Positions 18,785 to 27,666 of a stretch of DNA of 64,000 nucleotides are shown here, piece by piece (positions within the stretch are counted from its first letter, which is position 1; each line of letters opens with the position of its first letter). The DNA lies in IMG/VR virus record IMGVR_UViG_3300025132_000021, positions 96,343 to 160,342 of that record. One strand, given 5' to 3'. A program made the position numbers and the translations under genes. The notes under the pieces were generated by a model. It was not told the DNA's origin. It did not search any database and saw only the letters and a program-made list of their open reading frames with translations. The DNA comes from a virus.

Positions 18785-19735
18785 TTAAAGTTGTTCATCA
18801 TTGAGATTGTGTTTAACCTCTATGACTTCTGGCTTAGTGGGATACTGCATGGCCGTATCTTCATTAAGGAACATCACTTGAAATTGTCCCTTTGAGGTTT
18901 CTTCGGTTAATTCACTCTTGGATAAATAAATAGGTGGTCGGAACATTAAGTTATCATCAACACCTGTGGATACATCACTCATCATCTTGGCTTCGTATCT
19001 TTGCAGGATTTGTTCTAAGCGAGTTAAGTCCATATCTCCAGATGCCGAAATACGACCTGTGCTGGCAGCGTGAGCCGAAACTTTTGAATTGCCTAAGAAC
19101 TTGTTGGCTAAATCAGCATCAGAAATAATTAAACTTTCCAACTTTTGTCTAAGTATTGTCATTACTTGCGGTTTCCAAAACTCTGCTACTTCAAAAGGAC
19201 TCAAGGTGCTGTTCCAGTTTTCAAAGTCCACTTGCCACCAAATATCCATGTATTCAGCATCGGCTTCAGCAGGTGTAGCCTTTGGTCCCATTTGTTCTCC
19301 ACGACCAATAGTAGTTCCACCCAATCCCAGAATGCCTCCATAATATACTAATGAATAGTTTTCAGTTTTGACAAAGTTTGTTTGCCACTTACCACCAGTT
19401 CTGGAGATAACATATTCTTCAACTCCACTACCCGGAAAAGTTTCATAAGTTTGTCTGCTCATGGTTTTCACAGTGGTTTCTAATTCTTTTGCAGCCGCAG
19501 TTGCCGACTTTCCTTCATTCATTAGGTCAATCATTTCAAATCTTTTCTGTTCAGGTGTGCGAACAATTTCAAATCTGCGGTTCTTGATAATCCATTTAAT
19601 TCCTTTGGCAGCCAAATAACCTTTCAAAGTTTTCGGAGTAGTGCGTGCCAGTTTAGTGGCTCTGGTCATACTAATGCCACGACTCAATAACAAATCCAGA
19701 GCAATTAAGGCTCTTTGTTGGGTCAATGGATTCAT
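18785..19735 (-). CDS. hypothetical protein with N-terminal tandem HTH-like repeats
   Basis: GISMTRATKLARTTPKTL and GKSATAAAKELETTVKTM; GTTAAGTA at 19765 gives start 19735. Confidence 0.55.
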   Translation of the reverse strand: MNPLTQQRALIALDLLLSRGISMTRATKLARTTPKTLKGYLAAKGIKWIIKNRRFEIVRTPEQKRFEMIDLMNEGKSATAAAKELETTVKTMSRQTYETFPGSGVEEYVISRTGGKWQTNFVKTENYSLVYYGGILGLGGTTIGRGEQMGPKATPAEADAEYMDIWWQVDFENWNSTLSPFEVAEFWKPQVMTILRQKLESLIISDADLANKFLGNSKVSAHAASTGRISASGDMDLTRLEQILQRYEAKMMSDVSTGVDDNLMFRPPIYLSKSELTEETSKGQFQVMFLNEDTAMQYPTKPEVIEVKHNLNDEQL

Positions 19736-19760
19736 ATTATCACTATCTCCTATCAACTAC

Positions 19761-21485
19761 TTAACTGTTGTCATCGTCCCACATATCAGGTGGAAGCACT
19801 TGAATGAATGTGGCTTTCTGTATGTTTTTCTCTGTGCATTCCAACCAACCTTGGTTAATCATGTATTCCCATTCTTTGTCGCTAAATGGAACTCTGTCCC
19901 GCATTTCTTTGACATCTGCAAACGCTCTTTCTAAAGTTTGTGCATAGTCATTTAAGCGTTGGTGAACTTCAGCAATTCTTTTAGATGCCCCTGACTTAAT
20001 ATACTTCCAATCTCCATCTTGAATCAATGTATTCAAAGATTCAGTAAAGATGCGCTCGGCTTTTTCAATACTCATGCGAGAAACTACTCTTTCACCATTT
20101 AGTCGGGCAAACCCTTTGCACAGGTTCACAAACTCTTGAAACTTTCGGAAATCACGACTGGTTCTTTTGTCTAAGAAAGCAGCAGAGAACTCTGGCATCG
20201 CCTTAATACGATTCATGGCTTCACGAATGTCCATACGATGTGGAGTAATATCGGGTTCTTGTTCACTTACATACCTTAGATACTGACGGAAGAAACTTCT
20301 CCACATACTCAAGTTGTTGTTAAACTCTTTCTTGAGATACTTACCATTCATAGCATCAAGGATTTTATCTTCAATAGCATACTCGGTATCACCATCAGTC
20401 AAGGTCATACGAGCGAAAATCAATGTCAAACGACTAAGAATCTGTGGTGTGTATTCTCCAAAAGCACCTAACATACCCATTTTAGCAGGTCTACCATCTT
20501 TGGTTTCTGTTTTGGGGTCCCAATCACGAGGAGGATTACCTAAGAACATAAAATTAACTTTACCTTCTCTTTTGGTGTCCACTTGTCCTTTTTGCATTGT
20601 GAAACTACCATTAGCCATCACATTCATTAGTTCACCGAATACCTCTTGATTCCATGTTTGAAACTCGGACACAGCGATGCGTTCATTATTCATCTTTGGT
20701 ATCAATCCCAACTCAATTGAGTTGAGGTCTTCGCCACTCATGGCTCCGAATAACCCCGGAATTGTGCAAAGTTTTCCACTGGAGGCTACGCCACACGGCA
20801 CTAAAGGTTCAATCATCTGTTCAATCAAATGGTCTTTACCCTCGCCCATACTGCTGATAATACCCATGTGTAGCATATCAGTTTTCTTTTGAGGACTTAG
20901 GCAATACAACATAACTCCATATTTGATAGGAGGGTCTGCATAAAGTTTAGACCATAAAGTATCATCACGAACCATCAATTCTAATGGGCTGAAAGCAGGA
21001 CCGTGTTCATCACACAAAGCCATAAACTCCGTGAACTGTTCATCAGTCATCTGGCTACTTTGCATTTCAACATTCTTTTGAATGTCAGTGACTACAAAGA
21101 CCTTATCACGACCCATCATTTGATAAGCACCGCTTACCATGAGTTGTGAACCATCACGAATACTTTCAGTTAGCATCATCATTGTTTGACGCAGCCGTTC
21201 TGAATCCATACCACCGGGTCTGGAATCTAAACTACCATTATGTGCCATGCACTCTACGGCGTAAGTTCCATCACTGATGAAGAAACGAATAGCCGACTGG
21301 TCAGGATTAGGACTTTTAGAATTAAGAGGAACTTCTTCCATCTTCAGACAAATGCCTGAACCTATTTCTAAATGCTTCTGTGAAATCTTAGCGGCATAGA
21401 TGCGCTCAATGTTGGCATCGGTGCTATGATAGGTGGATGTTGCAGACTCTACGAACTCATGTATTTCGCTCGGAATGTCTAACAT
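19761..21485 (-). CDS. divergent MCM-like AAA+ helicase
   Basis: Walker A-like ISSMGEGKD, GKLCTIPGLFG (MCM GKxxSxxGL), AVSEF at Walker B, FLGNP, ILSRL arginine finger, RKFQEFVNLCKGFARL sensor 2. Confidence 0.7.
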   Translation of the reverse strand: MLDIPSEIHEFVESATSTYHSTDANIERIYAAKISQKHLEIGSGICLKMEEVPLNSKSPNPDQSAIRFFISDGTYAVECMAHNGSLDSRPGGMDSERLRQTMMMLTESIRDGSQLMVSGAYQMMGRDKVFVVTDIQKNVEMQSSQMTDEQFTEFMALCDEHGPAFSPLELMVRDDTLWSKLYADPPIKYGVMLYCLSPQKKTDMLHMGIISSMGEGKDHLIEQMIEPLVPCGVASSGKLCTIPGLFGAMSGEDLNSIELGLIPKMNNERIAVSEFQTWNQEVFGELMNVMANGSFTMQKGQVDTKREGKVNFMFLGNPPRDWDPKTETKDGRPAKMGMLGAFGEYTPQILSRLTLIFARMTLTDGDTEYAIEDKILDAMNGKYLKKEFNNNLSMWRSFFRQYLRYVSEQEPDITPHRMDIREAMNRIKAMPEFSAAFLDKRTSRDFRKFQEFVNLCKGFARLNGERVVSRMSIEKAERIFTESLNTLIQDGDWKYIKSGASKRIAEVHQRLNDYAQTLERAFADVKEMRDRVPFSDKEWEYMINQGWLECTEKNIQKATFIQVLPPDMWDDDNS

Positions 21486-21530
21486 TTATCATCACCTTCA
21501 CCTACCAATACTCGCTATTACCCTATTAAG

Positions 21531-21780
21531 GATGATGCAGTAGCCGCCGAACCCCTTTTTTGACGAAGGAGGGGGATTCATTATCACCAATTACGGTGTT
21601 TTGACCCAATCCATTCCTGACGCATTATTACTTTTCAATAACGCTAACGCCAATCATGTTAGTGGTGGCAACAACGGGGGTGTAAAGTCCGACGCAGCAA
21701 GGAGCCTTACAGGAAGGAGCCTATACGCTACGCCAGACCCTACATTACGAAGTCTGCATCAACCCCAGACGGGGCTGGTT
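21531..21780. other. structured intergenic element (possible ncRNA or cis-element)
   Basis: GATGCAG(21534) and CTGCATC(21754) close a ~230-nt domain with several hairpins; AAGGAGCCT direct repeat. Confidence 0.4.
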
Positions 21781-21784
21781 TGTC

Positions 21785-22333
21785 TCACTCTGATGGTGCA
21801 GGTGGGCTGTATGGTTCAGTAGTTTGCTGGTCAGCAGGGACTTCTGGTAGAGCCTCACGGAGAGCGTCAGCGTCAGCGTTTCGGATAATTCCGTGGAAGG
21901 ACTTGAAGGTTCTTCCTGCATTCTTCTGACTCTCGTTCATCTTACGAAGGAAGTCAAGTTGGACTGGCAAGTGATATTGGTTCTTACCATCTTCATTCAT
22001 TTCAACAAGGTTGTTCTGCTTGATAAAGCGTTCAAAGTCTTGCTTTTCGTATCCATTCAAGTAAAACTTGACACGGCGGCCTGCATCTGCTTCACCATCA
22101 TTACCCGGTGCGACACATCGTAGAACCATAGACTCACTACCCAGTGGGCTTGTGGTCTCGTTGTATGAAATTAGTGTGTATCCAGAATAGACTTTACCCA
22201 TCTCTGGCTTAATAACCTCATATACGGTGCGAGGGCCACGAGTTGCGGCACGCTCGGCTCGGCGGTCGTTGTCAATTGTTTCAAGTTCCGAAAGGAACGC
22301 ATCTACATCATTATTTACGGTTTCTTTGCTCAT
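21785..22333 (-). CDS. putative ssDNA-binding protein-like protein
   Basis: ORF 21785..22396; beta-rich core, acidic/Pro tail, upstream of MCM; GGAGATGA SD before ATG 22333; function is inference. Confidence 0.35.
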   Translation of the reverse strand: MSKETVNNDVDAFLSELETIDNDRRAERAATRGPRTVYEVIKPEMGKVYSGYTLISYNETTSPLGSESMVLRCVAPGNDGEADAGRRVKFYLNGYEKQDFERFIKQNNLVEMNEDGKNQYHLPVQLDFLRKMNESQKNAGRTFKSFHGIIRNADADALREALPEVPADQQTTEPYSPPAPSE

Positions 22334-22433
22334 TTTGTTCATCTCCATTTTTGTTTTCAGTTTTTTTTTTAATGCGCCCAATTCAGTGGTGGGCAATCTT
22401 ACTAAGTGGTATCACCCATATAAACATAAGCAT

Positions 22434-22493
22434 CTACTCGCAGAAGCGAATAGAAACCACATAGTTCTGATTGCTGACCTCCTTGTTGGACAT
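22434..22493 (-). CDS. 19-aa micro-ORF (MSNKEVSNQNYVVSIRFCE)
   Basis: TTTATATG box at 22523 exactly 30 nt before the ATG. Confidence 0.45.
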   Translation of the reverse strand: MSNKEVSNQNYVVSIRFCE

Positions 22494-22531
22494 AATACTA
22501 CTATGGGTCATCACCCATATAAAGTTGCAGA

Positions 22532-23032
22532 TTATTGGGTCTTAATCTTGGTTTCAACCGCTTTCACATGAAACAGAAAGCAGTGTTTTTGGTGTGAAGC
22601 AGGAATACTATTGATTCTATCCAGACCTTCTTTGCCAGTGTAATACAATTCAAAACCTTCATCTTGAATCGCCGCCCAGAATAACCAGAAATCTACTGTG
22701 CCATCATTCATTTCTTGAGACTTACGGCATATTTTGTCAAACGCCGTGGCTTCATCATCGTCTAAGTAATCCTCAAACTCCTGTTGATAAAATGAAGTCA
22801 CTCGCATACTTTTTAACATTTCCAATAAGTTCTCGTAAATATCTTGGTCAGTCATGGGTAAATAACGAATACGGGTTTTAGTAATCGGCAGTTTGGCAGG
22901 ATTACTTTTAGACACACGCATGAGTAACACCTTATTAGGTGGCGCACGAGTCCAGTTGATAATATCTATTGGGTTCATCAATAACTCACCATTAGGGCAT
23001 CTCCATCTACTTCTACATAGAAAATATCCCAA
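22532..23032 (-). CDS. hypothetical protein
   Basis: ORF track; true start probably at MNPIDIINW, overlapping the upstream stop. Confidence 0.65.
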   Translation of the reverse strand: MGYFLCRSRWRCPNGELLMNPIDIINWTRAPPNKVLLMRVSKSNPAKLPITKTRIRYLPMTDQDIYENLLEMLKSMRVTSFYQQEFEDYLDDDEATAFDKICRKSQEMNDGTVDFWLFWAAIQDEGFELYYTGKEGLDRINSIPASHQKHCFLFHVKAVETKIKTQ

Positions 23033-23904
23033 CGGTCAATTGCTTTACCTAAACTTTTTGATTTGGCAGTTTCTACATGAACAGAAGTTGTATCTGAATA
23101 AGTAATAGTAATACCTGATTCTTTGAACCATTCTGTCAAAGCAGAAATTGTAGACATCATACGGTCGCCCAAAAGTTTTACCTCTTCACAGACCATCCAA
23201 CCCTTTGGAGGAGTTTCCATCATGGCTTCTTCACCAGTTTTGATATTGACGCAAAGTTTTTCACGACCTGTGAACATTCCGCCTCTAACTGTTTGTTTAG
23301 TTTTATCCGCCATAGCAGTATAACCACTATATTCTACTTCAGCGATTTCTCCAGAGAGCGAATTATCATTGATTGCTAAGTTTTGTTCCATAACTACATC
23401 AGGTGGTAAAAACATTTTGAGGTTTTCTTTTCTCATAAACAAACACCAATGTCCTTTCGCAGCGATTATCATTGGCGCAGCCATAGCCGCAGGAACAAGG
23501 TCTTTTGAAGAAATAATCACAAAGTTTTCAGGGTCAGGATTCTGCACCCAATCTACGATATTAACTTCATAACCAATACCCAGATAAGGTGGTGCATAAC
23601 CATTCATAATTTGTCCTAAAACATAATCCGTCATTTTTCCATTGTGTTCTGGATTTTCAAACAGAGTCATCTGTCCATTAAAATTGATAATCTCGGTAGC
23701 CTCTCCTAATTGACGCTCATATTCTTGTTCACTCATAGATTCAAGTTGGTCTTGTTTATCCATTTGTTCGTCCCAACCCTTGTCGTAATCCTCTTTATCA
23801 CTATCGGGTAGTCCTGATTCAGTAAATGCTTGTTCTTTTGCATCTTTGTAAGGTTTAACCATTCCACGACTCATTATACCATGCCTCCTCTGGCATTTAG
23901 CCAA
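22978..23904 (-). CDS. hypothetical protein
   Basis: 308-aa ORF in operon-like overlap; contains QMTLF. Confidence 0.7.
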   Translation of the reverse strand: MAKCQRRHGIMSRGMVKPYKDAKEQAFTESGLPDSDKEDYDKGWDEQMDKQDQLESMSEQEYERQLGEATEIINFNGQMTLFENPEHNGKMTDYVLGQIMNGYAPPYLGIGYEVNIVDWVQNPDPENFVIISSKDLVPAAMAAPMIIAAKGHWCLFMRKENLKMFLPPDVVMEQNLAINDNSLSGEIAEVEYSGYTAMADKTKQTVRGGMFTGREKLCVNIKTGEEAMMETPPKGWMVCEEVKLLGDRMMSTISALTEWFKESGITITYSDTTSVHVETAKSKSLGKAIDRWDIFYVEVDGDALMVSY

Positions 23905-26009
23905 TCACGGGCTTCATCTTCTTCTTCAAAGATTATATCTTCTCCATAAGTAGTTGCTACCCACGAGTTTGTATCCGTATTCCAAATGCCCCATTGATTT
24001 TCAGATTGTGTTTCTGCACGCTGTAATTGTTCTTGCATTTGAGTGTTTTCATCTAATGCTTTTTGCACATCAGGGTCAGAACCGTCCATTTCATTAAGTG
24101 CTTGTGCCGTATCTTCTAAGGCTTCTTTCATCGCCTCACGGTCTTCGGGATTATACGGATTCATAGCATCCATCGCTTCTTTGGATTTATCATGCGCTTC
24201 TAACGCTTTTTCTTGAGCATTTTCTAATTCATCAGGACTACTGGCATCTTGCGAGTCGTTAATACTTTCTTTAGCCTTTTCTGATGCTTCTTTCGCTTTG
24301 TTTTGACATTCGGCTCTATCCTCTTGTCGGTCTTTAACTTCTTCGTGCGCTTCTTGTAGCATATCACGAAGTTTGTCTGCGGTTTCTTCATCTATTTCAT
24401 CGGCTTGTTCAGCGTAATCAATTGCCCATTCTGCATCTTCAATGGCTTGCATAGCCGAATCGTCTGCATCAGCCATGTTTTTCTGGTCTTGAGTATTACG
24501 CTCATCACCTTTTTCGTTAGCACGGTCGGCGGCTTCTTTAGAAGCCATAGCCTGTTCAATAGCCTCCATCATAGCATCAGCACTATTGTCATCTCTTTTT
24601 TCGGCTTCATCTTTGGCTTCTGATGCGGCCTCTTGATGTGCCTTTGCTTCTTGAGCAGCCATACCCGATGGGCTGGTATCTTGCCCCGGTTTCATATCAT
24701 CTACTGCATCTTTGAGAGCATCTGCCTTGGTTTTTTGAGCATCGGCTTGCTCTTGAGTCATATCACCTTGTTCTACGGCTTTATCTGCGGCTTCTTTGGC
24801 TGCGTCCAAAGCATCTTTAGCATCTTGCTTGGCTTGTTCGGCCATATCTACTTCATCAGGTTTATCAGGATTACAGTTTCCGCAACATTCTCTTGCCCCA
24901 TCAACTGCTTCTTTAGCGGCTTGCGCTGCTTGTTCAAAGTCCGAAGGCATTTCTCCACCGCCAGATGGGTCGCCATCTTCAGAGGGTTCTCCACCTTCTC
25001 CAGTTCCCGATGGTTCGCCTTCACCTTCTCCTGAACCTTCTCCTTCACCGCCTTCGCCTTCGCCTTCGCCGCCCTCTCCAGAACCTTCTCCCCCTTCGCC
25101 ACCTTCACTTCCGCTTCCAGAACCTTCGCCACTACCTTCTCCGCCTTCTCCGCCTCCGCTTCCACTGCTTTCGCCTGAACCCGAACCGCTTCCTTCAGAA
25201 CCATCACTTTCGCCGCCGCCTTTGCCTGCTGCTTTTTCTGCATCGGCTTTACCTTGCGCTGCTCTTTCTGCACCTTGTTGCATACCTTGTTGGCGTTGGG
25301 CTTCAGATTGAGCCTGTGATTTTTGAGCATCAGATTGACCTTTAGATTCTGCGGAACTTTCTCCACTTCCAGAGCCACTACCTTCTCCTCCACTCATACC
25401 ATTGATTCCTTCTCCTTCGCCACCTTCTCCATCTAAAAATGGGTCTGGTCCGGGGAATGGTGGTGGTTGTTCGGGAGATGGTCCCGGTGATGGTCCCGGT
25501 GATGGACCCGGTGCTGGCCCGGGTCTTGCTGGTCCTCTTTGTGGCCCGGGTGTCGGTGTTCCTCTTTGTCCTCCTCCTCCGCCCGGTGGTGCTTCATCAT
25601 AAACGAAATCATCATCTGTGGCATCGGACATCCCGACCCATTGAGATTTTTCAGGCCATGTGGTTCTCTCTACATAAGTAAATACTAAAGCATCTCCGAA
25701 ACCAGACATTTCAATACACCAAAATTGAGTTAGTGCATCAGCGATTACATCTATGTCAGAGGGATTTACTACAAAACCTTCTACCCGATATACTGCATCA
25801 TTGGCAGGATTGCGAATCAGTTTAACTTCTTCTAACGAAGTATTGGCACGCAACCATTCTGCGAAACTGACCAGTGTGCTACGAAAAATAGAACCTTTAA
25901 CTATTACCCATTTTACAGGCAACCAACCCTCATTGGCTTGATAGAGGTTTTCATCACCTTCTATTATCTCACCAGAGCCTACATTAACCCATTGAACCGT
26001 TGCCATCAC
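23874..26009 (-). CDS. large acidic low-complexity / coiled-coil protein
   Basis: PGPS repeats, Gly/Glu/Ser tract, Ala/Glu/Asp helical region; ATTAAATA upstream. Confidence 0.75.
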   Translation of the reverse strand: MMATVQWVNVGSGEIIEGDENLYQANEGWLPVKWVIVKGSIFRSTLVSFAEWLRANTSLEEVKLIRNPANDAVYRVEGFVVNPSDIDVIADALTQFWCIEMSGFGDALVFTYVERTTWPEKSQWVGMSDATDDDFVYDEAPPGGGGGQRGTPTPGPQRGPARPGPAPGPSPGPSPGPSPEQPPPFPGPDPFLDGEGGEGEGINGMSGGEGSGSGSGESSAESKGQSDAQKSQAQSEAQRQQGMQQGAERAAQGKADAEKAAGKGGGESDGSEGSGSGSGESSGSGGGEGGEGSGEGSGSGSEGGEGGEGSGEGGEGEGEGGEGEGSGEGEGEPSGTGEGGEPSEDGDPSGGGEMPSDFEQAAQAAKEAVDGARECCGNCNPDKPDEVDMAEQAKQDAKDALDAAKEAADKAVEQGDMTQEQADAQKTKADALKDAVDDMKPGQDTSPSGMAAQEAKAHQEAASEAKDEAEKRDDNSADAMMEAIEQAMASKEAADRANEKGDERNTQDQKNMADADDSAMQAIEDAEWAIDYAEQADEIDEETADKLRDMLQEAHEEVKDRQEDRAECQNKAKEASEKAKESINDSQDASSPDELENAQEKALEAHDKSKEAMDAMNPYNPEDREAMKEALEDTAQALNEMDGSDPDVQKALDENTQMQEQLQRAETQSENQWGIWNTDTNSWVATTYGEDIIFEEEDEARDWLNARGGMV
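25477..25524. repeat. 12-bp tandem repeat (GATGGTCCCGGT-like x4) encoding PGPS
   Basis: seen directly; lies within the CDS. Confidence 0.8.
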
Positions 26010-26082
26010 TATACCGTATGCGTAGCAACTATTTAATGTTTGTTATGGTTAATCTTAAATAGTTGAGTCCTAAACAATAAAC

Positions 26083-26838
26083 ATGGTTGCCAATGTTGCC
26101 ATTCAAATCTCTGCGTGGTGGGGTGAGATTGATGATGACTCCACAGCCTTTACTTCATTTTCTGGTCAAAGAATTATGTTGGCTCAAAACTTTGATATTA
26201 AGAAATTGATGACTATGACTAATCAACAAGCCTTAAAACATTTTGTAGTTAATGTAGATATGAGAGGGCCTCAACAGATTTATGCTGATAAAGAGGGTTA
26301 TGCAAAAGCCATAGACGGAGTTCGTAATAAACCCATCAAAAGTCTTAGTTATAGTCCCAGTTCAATCACTGATGGAAATAATGATTGGCTCTGGATTGAT
26401 TTATACCCAGTAGAGTTCTTGGCTCACGAGGACACCGAATCAGAGTTTGCGATGTTTAACGAATCACTTGGGGATGATGAGAGCCTAAATTACTTTAACT
26501 TTTGCTATAATCTAAAAGAATGGCTCACTGCATGGAATAGACAACTCCAGTTCACAGAGGGTTCAAAAAAAATAATCTCCAAACTATCAGCAGGCCGTAT
26601 GCCTCTTTTTGAAAGTTTTAAGACAATACCTGATTATGTAGGACCTCCGGGAATAAATGTAGATGAAACTTACACAAATCTCATAGATAATCCTGAATAT
26701 CAAAGATTAAAAGATTTTGGCATTTATTTGATGTCTTCCGAAGCAGCCACAGATTTTAGAAGGCTTCTGGGTAATTTAACTAATTCTATTCTAAATTGGA
26801 CACAAACTTCGGTTGATGACCTGCTAAACTTTAAGTAG
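26083..26838 (+). CDS. hypothetical protein with LNW C-terminal tag
   Basis: CTTAAATA at 26054; ends ILNWTQTSVDDLLNFK. Confidence 0.7.
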   Translation: MVANVAIQISAWWGEIDDDSTAFTSFSGQRIMLAQNFDIKKLMTMTNQQALKHFVVNVDMRGPQQIYADKEGYAKAIDGVRNKPIKSLSYSPSSITDGNNDWLWIDLYPVEFLAHEDTESEFAMFNESLGDDESLNYFNFCYNLKEWLTAWNRQLQFTEGSKKIISKLSAGRMPLFESFKTIPDYVGPPGINVDETYTNLIDNPEYQRLKDFGIYLMSSEAATDFRRLLGNLTNSILNWTQTSVDDLLNFK

Positions 26839-26859
26839 TCGTGCGACAGCATGGTAACT

Positions 26860-27657
26860 ATGGAACCTTGGCGTAAGCACTTTGAAATGTTTTCAGCAGA
26901 TGCTCTGGAGGACATGAAAACTTATTCTGACAATACTCACGAAGAAAGGGAATGGATGTGTTATGTCTACGAAAAGGATGGTCGTTATGAACTTGGCTCG
27001 CCGTCGCTTGGCACAGAATCTCGTATTGAGGTTAATCCAGTCGCTAAGGCAGCGCAAGATGCTGGCAAAGGTTTGACTAATCGTATGTGGACTATCCACG
27101 GACACCCTCTAAAAGATGGTAAGATTTACACAGGTCGCCAATACTTTTCCTCTACGGATATTATCAATGAGTTCCTAAAAACTCGTGATACCAACGAACC
27201 CGTAGTTCAATGGATTACTTATCCTCATCAACAATTAGATACTAATACTGGTAAGAAAGTTATTCACAACCGATGCCGAACTTTAGTGTTTCCATCTCGT
27301 GATGTAGTTATCAAGGCCATGCAAGTTAGCAATCCAGATGTAGATGTTATGGCAATTACCAGAGAATCTGGACAAAACCGCAACGCTGCCGATGGTAGTT
27401 TAGTAAATGATTCAGGTATTGATTGGTTCGCTTTCCAAGAAGCACTGGGAGATATGGGCTACATGGGCATTATGGATTTAGAAGGACCAGCCGCAGGAGC
27501 CAAGCCTTTCCGTAGTGAATCTATGTTTGTGAAAAAGTTTGGAATGCTTTCTGTGATTGCACTCGGAATTGCAGGATTCGCATACTTGAGCAAAACTCAA
27601 GGATTTGGTGCAGAAGTTGAAGTCGTTGATGGCTTAGGCGAATGGCACGAAATCTGA
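26860..27657 (+). CDS. JAB/MPN-like metallopeptidase domain protein with C-terminal TM
   Basis: EREW...IHGHP...FSSTD matches E..HxH..SxxD; TTTAAGTA at 26830 (-30). Confidence 0.55.
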   Translation: MEPWRKHFEMFSADALEDMKTYSDNTHEEREWMCYVYEKDGRYELGSPSLGTESRIEVNPVAKAAQDAGKGLTNRMWTIHGHPLKDGKIYTGRQYFSSTDIINEFLKTRDTNEPVVQWITYPHQQLDTNTGKKVIHNRCRTLVFPSRDVVIKAMQVSNPDVDVMAITRESGQNRNAADGSLVNDSGIDWFAFQEALGDMGYMGIMDLEGPAAGAKPFRSESMFVKKFGMLSVIALGIAGFAYLSKTQGFGAEVEVVDGLGEWHEI

Positions 27658-27666
27658 TGTGAGTTT

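Noticed and set aside
18298-18895. + strand ORFs 18298..18738 and 18443..18895
   Set aside because: Antisense shadows of the SAP-domain gene, which has a motif and a -30 promoter
24405-25681. Several overlapping ORFs on the + strand and alternate frames
   Set aside because: Shadows of the low-complexity 711-aa gene; no promoter or SD support
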